From IMG/VR virus record IMGVR_UViG_3300018080_000158, positions 1-64,000 of that record: DNA of 64,000 bases; one strand, given 5' to 3'. Both the position numbers and the translations under genes were made by a program. This stretch comes from a virus. Shown piece after piece: positions 58,319 to 64,000 of this stretch (position 1 is the stretch's first letter; the number at the start of each line of letters is the position of its first letter). The notes beneath the pieces were generated by a model, which worked only from the letters and a program-made list of their open reading frames with translations, was not told the origin of the DNA and did no database searches.

Positions 58319-59193
58319 AAATTGAATTGCACCTTGTCACATCCCGTTCGATTTGCTCTGTCAGAATCTAGGAGCATTCTTATATCGTATATTTGACCAA
58401 AGCCTTTTAGAGGAAGAGTCATTTCAAGATTTTTCCATTCCTTATCGTAAACTCTTATTTCACCGTCTGTTGACTCCCTGTCTCTCCTACCTAGTGGAAT
58501 ATTTGCTGATATTCCAATGACTCGAAAGTCAGACGCTACAACAACTCCTCTGGGATACCCACCAGTATGTAGTAACACTTCTTCACTGTCGGCATATTTA
58601 ATTACTCCTTCATTTGATGAGCAAACAACCAATCTGCCATACTCACGCCATATGTTATGAGAGCCAGATCCCACGTTGTTGATTTGATCCTTCAATCCTA
58701 GAAAGGGATAGCTATATTGCTGCAAAAAAGATCCGCTCTTATTGTTATGACAGAGAATCGACATTCTTTTTGTTTTGTAGTCATACCAAACAGAATTTAG
58801 ATGAACGTAATTATTCCCTCTTCCTTTAGTATTATAGTATTGAAGCAACCCAACTGGTCTCCAAATTTCCCATTTAGGATTGTTAATATTTCCATTCCAT
58901 TTCTGAATATAATCATATTGAGTATTAGTAATCCAAAGATATCCATCAAACCAATAGATTTGATGAGGTGCCGTCAATGGCATATCTTCTGGAGGGTATA
59001 CAGTTTTGATCAATGCTAGATTTAAATCAAAAACATTTATTGCTGCCTTCTTTCCTTTCCATTCAGCAACAAATAGATTTTTTTCATTCCAAGCAATACC
59101 CCAACATCTACCTCTTTTTATGGGTCTAATATTGCCGGTTTCCGTGTCAACAACCAAGCAAGCTCTAAAGCTGCCAATTACTAACAATGACAT
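58315..59193 (-). CDS. beta-propeller protein (DUF4915-like)
   Basis: PHQI...ITNT, HLNSV, SHNI, GYPRG, IYDIR. Confidence 0.6.
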   Translation of the reverse strand: MSLLVIGSFRACLVVDTETGNIRPIKRGRCWGIAWNEKNLFVAEWKGKKAAINVFDLNLALIKTVYPPEDMPLTAPHQIYWFDGYLWITNTQYDYIQKWNGNINNPKWEIWRPVGLLQYYNTKGRGNNYVHLNSVWYDYKTKRMSILCHNNKSGSFLQQYSYPFLGLKDQINNVGSGSHNIWREYGRLVVCSSNEGVIKYADSEEVLLHTGGYPRGVVVASDFRVIGISANIPLGRRDRESTDGEIRVYDKEWKNLEMTLPLKGFGQIYDIRMLLDSDRANRTGCDKVQFNL

Positions 59194-59213
59194 TTAAAAG
59201 TACCTCCAACAAA

Positions 59214-59987
59214 TTACTCGAAACGAATACTACTTCCATAAGTACGTTCAAATAAAATACGAGCAGCAGAAATTACATCTCCAACAGCTATGCTCTCCCA
59301 GCAAATATGTTTAAATCTATTCTTGCAAGGATGGTGGTTATAGCAATCATCAGAGCAATCCAAACGACAAGAAAGATTTATATTTTGTTGATAGCCAGTC
59401 CATGCAGGATGTATAAACCCTCCAAATATAGCAACACAAGGAATTCCTAAAGCTGTTGCCATATGCATGATACCGCCCTCTGGGCAAATTACTATCCGGT
59501 AAGAAGATAAATGCTCGGCTAGATCTATAACTGAGCGGAAGCGAGGTATTGCTTCCCACCCCGTTCGATTTACTAATTCTTGGGCATGTGGCCAATCTTT
59601 CTTGCCTCCATATTTTCCAGTCATAAGAACTTGAACACCAACGTCCTTACATTTTGGCTTCCTTTTAGTAAACAACTCAGGTAACAATTTAGGTACTGGA
59701 GTAGTCAAATTGAAATTACTGCACACTAATTCCCAGTCGGTTAGGATATGGTGTTGAGTCGGTTGTTTTAAATGTATAGGATCAGGATAGGCTAGAAATA
59801 AGCCGTCATTCTCTTGCCCAACCTCATCTACAAAAGGATTATGCAAGACCAGGCCAGGGTGATTTGTGTTTATCTTTATCTTAACGGCATCATTATAGGT
59901 CTCCTTTATCATCCGCAAAGTGGGAGTGACAAAGAGTAAATCCCCAATGCCGTTAAAAGATTTCAATATCACCCTGGCCTGAGTCAT
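59214..59987 (-). CDS. glycosyltransferase family 9 (heptosyltransferase-like)
   Basis: GIGDLLFVTP, KDWP, EGGIMHMATALG.P.VAIFGG; start taken at MTQAR. Confidence 0.85.
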   Translation of the reverse strand: MTQARVILKSFNGIGDLLFVTPTLRMIKETYNDAVKIKINTNHPGLVLHNPFVDEVGQENDGLFLAYPDPIHLKQPTQHHILTDWELVCSNFNLTTPVPKLLPELFTKRKPKCKDVGVQVLMTGKYGGKKDWPHAQELVNRTGWEAIPRFRSVIDLAEHLSSYRIVICPEGGIMHMATALGIPCVAIFGGFIHPAWTGYQQNINLSCRLDCSDDCYNHHPCKNRFKHICWESIAVGDVISAARILFERTYGSSIRFE

Positions 59988-59992
59988 TGTTA

Positions 59993-60325
59993 CTACCTCC
60001 GCAGCCCCATTGGACCAAAGCGTTCGCTCAAAATATTCAAAGCTGCACTTATCACAGTGTCGTCGCCTTTGCCCTTGGTGCTTGCTGCCACCGCCGTCAA
60101 TAGCCCAGATCCAAGAAGAAGTAACTCCCACCTATCTGCAACCCAGGCCCCCACCGTATCACTTGTGTAGTAATGGCACCATATCAGATAGGCCACTATA
60201 CTTAAAATGTAAGCTAAGCATCGTTTGACTTTTTCCTTTTCAGTCAAGTCATTTTCAGTCAACTCTTTAGGGATTACGCACTCTCTCTCATTGTCAGTCC
60301 GATCTTCATCTATTGTTTTTGCCAT
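59993..60325 (-). CDS. holin-like membrane protein
   Basis: two hydrophobic segments; AASTKGKGDD pattern. Confidence 0.45.
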   Translation of the reverse strand: MAKTIDEDRTDNERECVIPKELTENDLTEKEKVKRCLAYILSIVAYLIWCHYYTSDTVGAWVADRWELLLLGSGLLTAVAASTKGKGDDTVISAALNILSERFGPMGLRR

Positions 60326-60345
60326 GTGACGATAACCTCCTTTCT

Positions 60346-60888
60346 TTAACCTTCCCTAAATAACGGGAGCTGTCCTTCATATACTATTTGCCACCTTTCA
60401 AAACATAAGCAAATATGCTCATGAAGTTTGTCTGGAGTAACCCCATTGTAGTAAGGGAATAACTCAAGATAGTGCAAGCCTTTTGCCACGAATTCACTAC
60501 AGACAACTTTGCCAGTAGCTAATTTGTTTAGGCCTGGCAAGGTATGAAATATGATCCTGTATATAGGATAGAAATCTTTGTGGTGCTGCTCTCCTAACCA
60601 GCTTAGAACTTTCAAAGCTGTCTTTTCATTCATGTACTTGCACCTAGCAATCAATACCTCAGCTCCAGCATAAGCACGAAAAAATTTCTGGCTAGTAACT
60701 CTCCAAAGACATTCGTAAGTAAGACCTCTAGTGGAAGCAATCCAACCAGCGTGTTTGTACTTGGCTTTAAAGTCTCCTCCATACAAACGCTCAAAGAATC
60801 CTATGCCGTACCCAATAGGACCTCGACTGTTGACCAAAAAAATATCGCCTGGCCGTACTTGCATTTTATACGGATCTAACTTTTGCAT
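60346..60888 (-). CDS. permuted papain-like (YiiX/YebB, NlpC/P60) enzyme
   Basis: PGDIFL...HAG...VCSEFVA...TP. Confidence 0.8.
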   Translation of the reverse strand: MQKLDPYKMQVRPGDIFLVNSRGPIGYGIGFFERLYGGDFKAKYKHAGWIASTRGLTYECLWRVTSQKFFRAYAGAEVLIARCKYMNEKTALKVLSWLGEQHHKDFYPIYRIIFHTLPGLNKLATGKVVCSEFVAKGLHYLELFPYYNGVTPDKLHEHICLCFERWQIVYEGQLPLFREG

Positions 60889-60916
60889 GTCTTACCTACT
60901 TTCAAACGTGTGAAAG

Positions 60917-61570
60917 CTATCCCATCAAAACCAAAATTGTGTAGTCATTTGGAATAGCAAACACAAGATAATTTTGAGGCTCTATCAACTTAAACTCTTT
61001 GCCGTCACAAGCCCCCAACAAAGCATGGGCATATGTCTTACCGTTCTTTGGGTATTCTACCCAAACTATAAAGCAAGCCATTCTTGCTAGTGTAGCATCC
61101 AAGTGCCATACACCCATACCAGCAAAGGCAAAATCACCGCAATCGTATACAGGAAACTTATACACATTTCGAGTAGCAATCCTATACCGCCTAAGAGCGT
61201 TTACTAGTTGCTGAAAATCTGAAGGGTAGTATTCCTTTGCATCTTCAAACAAAGGAATTTGAATAGGGACTTGGATAAACTTCTCTATTTGACTGCTAGT
61301 CATCGGAGAAGTTGTATCTTGGATCTTCTCCTCTTTTTGCTTCCACAAAATGAAATCCGCCCAACTCCATGCAGGATGGGAAGGAGTTATTGAGTAATCC
61401 ACTTTCCCCCCAGCGTATTTATTTATATGCTGTGGCACGAAAGGACCTTCCCAAATCTCAACCATAGAGCCATCTGGCTTTACAATGAATCTATGAACTC
61501 CCTTAGATACAATACGAAGCAAAGAAGGTACTTTCAACTTGGAAGAGTTGTATTTGGTAGTAATCATCAC
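60917..61570 (-). CDS. papain-like cysteine protease (MOA/agglutinin C-terminal-like)
   Basis: YDCGDFA...HAL...IEPQ. Confidence 0.7.
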   Translation of the reverse strand: MMITTKYNSSKLKVPSLLRIVSKGVHRFIVKPDGSMVEIWEGPFVPQHINKYAGGKVDYSITPSHPAWSWADFILWKQKEEKIQDTTSPMTSSQIEKFIQVPIQIPLFEDAKEYYPSDFQQLVNALRRYRIATRNVYKFPVYDCGDFAFAGMGVWHLDATLARMACFIVWVEYPKNGKTYAHALLGACDGKEFKLIEPQNYLVFAIPNDYTILVLMG

Positions 61571-62328
61571 TAACTCCCTTCCCCATCAGTACGAGGCATA
61601 GAAAACCAAGGTTCAGGGTGCAATTCTGGATCAGCCCTTTCTGGATCACAAATTCCAGGGGGCCACCACGGCACCTCACCAGCAGGCTCTATTGAGCAAT
61701 CAGTAATATACTTAATATCTGCCACAGAAACAAAGTCTCCCATACCTCCGATTTTGACACGCTGCCAATCTTTAGTAATCGATGAAGATATTACTTCCAT
61801 ATCCTCATCAAGGTCATTGGAATGAGCAATAGAATGCCTATTGAAAAAGGCAGAGCCGATTAGATTTTCAACAAGCAAAGCAGCAGATGTTCCGGCATCA
61901 CATCCACCTATTTGAGTTACTGCATTGAATGCGTCCCCTTCAACACCGGCTTGAATAGCATCCATGTAGCATTCATTGGCAGATATTCTTGTAACACCCC
62001 CAGCCGCTTCCCAAGATCCGGTCTTGATCAAAGACGCATCGTCACCCAGAAAACTCCAAGAGGAGTCAAAACCGCCTCCTGAGAATGCCACATCAGCTTG
62101 CAGTAATTTGGCATCTACAAAGCGACCAGCACCAGAAGCTCTATCTTGAAAAGCGTTCAACGGCTGATCTTCCGAGTTCTGCCCCATAGCATCGCCAAAA
62201 ATTGAAATACGGGCATCTCCACTTTGGACATCAAACTTGCAAGTAAATTCCCCATCTGCATAGACGTAACTGCACAAAGCAAAAAGAACAAGAATAGCAA
62301 AGCAGTACTTGATCATTTTACGAGTCAT
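61570..62328 (-). CDS. secreted acidic hypothetical protein
   Basis: signal peptide ending VYA. Confidence 0.6.
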   Translation of the reverse strand: MTRKMIKYCFAILVLFALCSYVYADGEFTCKFDVQSGDARISIFGDAMGQNSEDQPLNAFQDRASGAGRFVDAKLLQADVAFSGGGFDSSWSFLGDDASLIKTGSWEAAGGVTRISANECYMDAIQAGVEGDAFNAVTQIGGCDAGTSAALLVENLIGSAFFNRHSIAHSNDLDEDMEVISSSITKDWQRVKIGGMGDFVSVADIKYITDCSIEPAGEVPWWPPGICDPERADPELHPEPWFSMPRTDGEGS

Positions 62329-62332
62329 TGTT

Positions 62333-63268
62333 TTAATCCTCCTTTATCTTAAAGCAGTCCTTAACAATTGAAGCAAACTTTTCGACTCTGACAACATTAC
62401 TATGCCTACGTCTAACCAATCTCTCTCCTTTTTTGGCCACCACCTCCAGCTCATTTGGACGATCTATAAAATATTGTATCTTGTTTTTCATTTGCTGCAC
62501 AGTCTCATAGAGAATGAAATTCTCATCTGGTTTGTATCCAAGCTTAACCATTCCTTCAAAAGGATCTGACAAAAGCATCGACCCGCAGGCTGGGATCTCC
62601 GTCATTCTTAAGTTAAATGATTTGTATCTATCAGACGATGCAACAGCTATTTTACTCCTGTTTAATACTTCTATATAATCTCCGTGCTTTACCTTTTTGA
62701 GGTGACGTTTTAAATTCTTCAAAGATGCAATATTGTTTCTTACTATAGGACGATTTGGATACTCCCTAGAATTGTAAGAGCATATAAAACATACATCTGT
62801 TCTTCTCCTCAGCTTTTTATTTCTATACACGCCAAGGTCAACTCCATGAGGAAGCCAATAAGTCCGAGGCACTGGTTTTAACTTTCTAAGTCGTCTCATA
62901 GAGTGCAAGTAGGGAACAAACGCAGCATCAAAATGGTTAGACGTTAAGAAATTGTCCTGTTGTTTATAGTTTCTTGGGAAGTAATCACAAATCAAGGCCA
63001 CCTTTGGAATATTCTTTATAGACTGCAATCCCCCAATGTACCCAGACACTCCGACACCGCAAGTAACAATGACATCAGGATTATGGAACTCAAAAAAAGA
63101 CATGATCTCATGTACAGTAGTCAAGCCTTTTGTGTTATGTCTGTCCACTCCATTCCATCCTGGCCCATACACTGCAACATCGTGTTGACGGATAAGCTCC
63201 TCACGAAATAGATGAGTACCCCAGTTATACTTCCATCTCCTATTAGGCGCTAGAAGCAATATCCTCAT
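62333..63268 (-). CDS. GT-B glycosyltransferase (CgeB/Glyco_trans_1_2-like)
   Basis: YGPG, WLPHGVD, LNRSKI, RMTEIPACG..LL, RH...R. Confidence 0.85.
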   Translation of the reverse strand: MRILLLAPNRRWKYNWGTHLFREELIRQHDVAVYGPGWNGVDRHNTKGLTTVHEIMSFFEFHNPDVIVTCGVGVSGYIGGLQSIKNIPKVALICDYFPRNYKQQDNFLTSNHFDAAFVPYLHSMRRLRKLKPVPRTYWLPHGVDLGVYRNKKLRRRTDVCFICSYNSREYPNRPIVRNNIASLKNLKRHLKKVKHGDYIEVLNRSKIAVASSDRYKSFNLRMTEIPACGSMLLSDPFEGMVKLGYKPDENFILYETVQQMKNKIQYFIDRPNELEVVAKKGERLVRRRHSNVVRVEKFASIVKDCFKIKED

Positions 63269-63999
63269 AAAGCTTTACACCTTTCGAGCCTGCCATCCCA
63301 CCTAATACTTGGAATGAGTAAATGCTTGTGCGATTCTATTCTTGACTTATGAATATTTAAATCGCAAAACATTGACCTGATAGTGCCTGACAGATTGCCA
63401 AGAGGTTTGTATCCAAGCTTTAATAGCTTCTCTCTATCAGGATTGTAGTAATGCTCCTCTTCTTCCATACGAGGATTTTCAACATTTGCTACAGTTGCTT
63501 CAAACGGCACATAGGATGAGTTATTCGCTTCATCAGCAACCAAAGACGCTAACTCGTCAAGATAGTAAACTTCCTCAAACTGATTGAGAACCCTATACTC
63601 CCCACACATCGGCGGATTCTCAATTGCTAATCGGAAACATTGCATTGAGTCACAAAGAGGTAAAAAACCACGAGCCTGTCTGCCTTTGCCGTAAGGAGTC
63701 AATGGCACTCCTACCAGGGCCTGAGCTACAAAACGATTGATAGCCGTGCCAAATGCCTCATCAAAATCAAACCTAGTGTGCAATTCTTTCTTGCCTTTCA
63801 TATCTGGAATACTTACTCCGTATACTACACCTTGCATGATGTCAGTTGATCTAAGCCCCCACAACTTACAGGCTAATTGAATATTGACAGAGTCGTGAAC
63901 CTTCGTGCAGTGATACCAAGACCCAGGCTGTCTAGGAAAAGGCAAATTGTCAACCCTTCCACGATAAGCAATTTCAAAGAACCCTTCTGGAATTGCTAC
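63265..63999 (-). CDS. sqdB: UDP-sulfoquinovose synthase, 5' end truncated by the window
   Basis: IPEGF...LPFPRQPGSWYH.TKVHDS.N..LACK.WGLRSTD.MQGVVYG...RFDFDE.FGTA.NRF..QA; frame open to the window edge. Confidence 0.92.
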   Translation of the reverse strand, partial: VAIPEGFFEIAYRGRVDNLPFPRQPGSWYHCTKVHDSVNIQLACKLWGLRSTDIMQGVVYGVSIPDMKGKKELHTRFDFDEAFGTAINRFVAQALVGVPLTPYGKGRQARGFLPLCDSMQCFRLAIENPPMCGEYRVLNQFEEVYYLDELASLVADEANNSSYVPFEATVANVENPRMEEEEHYYNPDREKLLKLGYKPLGNLSGTIRSMFCDLNIHKSRIESHKHLLIPSIRWDGRLERCKAL

Positions 64000-64000
64000 A

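Larger units (their letters stand above)
882..60917. promoter_or_regulatory. dispersed 20-bp palindrome ACTTTCA-nnCGnn-TGAAAGT (8 copies)
   Basis: copies start at 882, 7014, 9979, 25116, 35867, 37910, 46945 and 60898. Confidence 0.75.

Noticed and set aside
10404-63211. plus-strand ORFs of the track beyond 10 kb
   Set aside because: Nearly all are antisense shadows of well-supported minus-strand genes and lack RBS or motifs
1-64000. alternative genetic code, introns or inteins
   Set aside because: Core genes are uninterrupted and of normal length in the standard code, all three stops are used, and no intein or intron motifs were seen

Overview
A 64-kb segment of a large tailed dsDNA phage (Caudoviricetes-like), using the standard code, sigma70-type promoters and strong GGAGG ribosome-binding sites. 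Almost all genes lie on the minus strand. Layout: (1) 0.2-5.6 kb, a cassette-like array of small early hypothetical genes, fed from a promoter at ~6.8 kb through a ~1.2-kb non-coding leader that holds a boxA element and two tandem copies of a co-varying, pseudoknotted structured RNA; (2) a short plus-strand island and a low-complexity non-coding zone at 7.3-9.5 kb; (3) small accessory genes at 9.5-18.5 kb; (4) terminase, a Ycf46-like AAA+ ATPase and a recombination/replication module (RuvC, two PD-(D/E)XK nucleases, RecA, SF2 helicase, SSB, primase, DnaB, loader/initiator candidates, iteron-like origin); (5) DUF2997/DUF1257-like genes; (6) a MuF protein with three C-terminal enzymatic domains plus two small Cys-rich paralogues, then portal and a UDG-PolA fusion; (7) lysis, signal-peptide-bearing fibre-like and glycosylation genes, ending in a truncated UDP-sulfoquinovose synthase. 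No capsid gene, integrase, CRISPR array or canonical tRNA was seen. The most novel-looking signals are the tandem structured RNA, a peptide tag (I/M-R-x-L/I-R/K-F) shared by unrelated proteins including the terminase and (degenerately) the AAA ATPase tail, an 8-copy ACTTTCA-N6-TGAAAGT palindrome, and a sulfoquinovose/glycosyltransferase set beside Sec-exported fibre-like proteins. All family assignments come from motifs recognised by eye, not from database searches.
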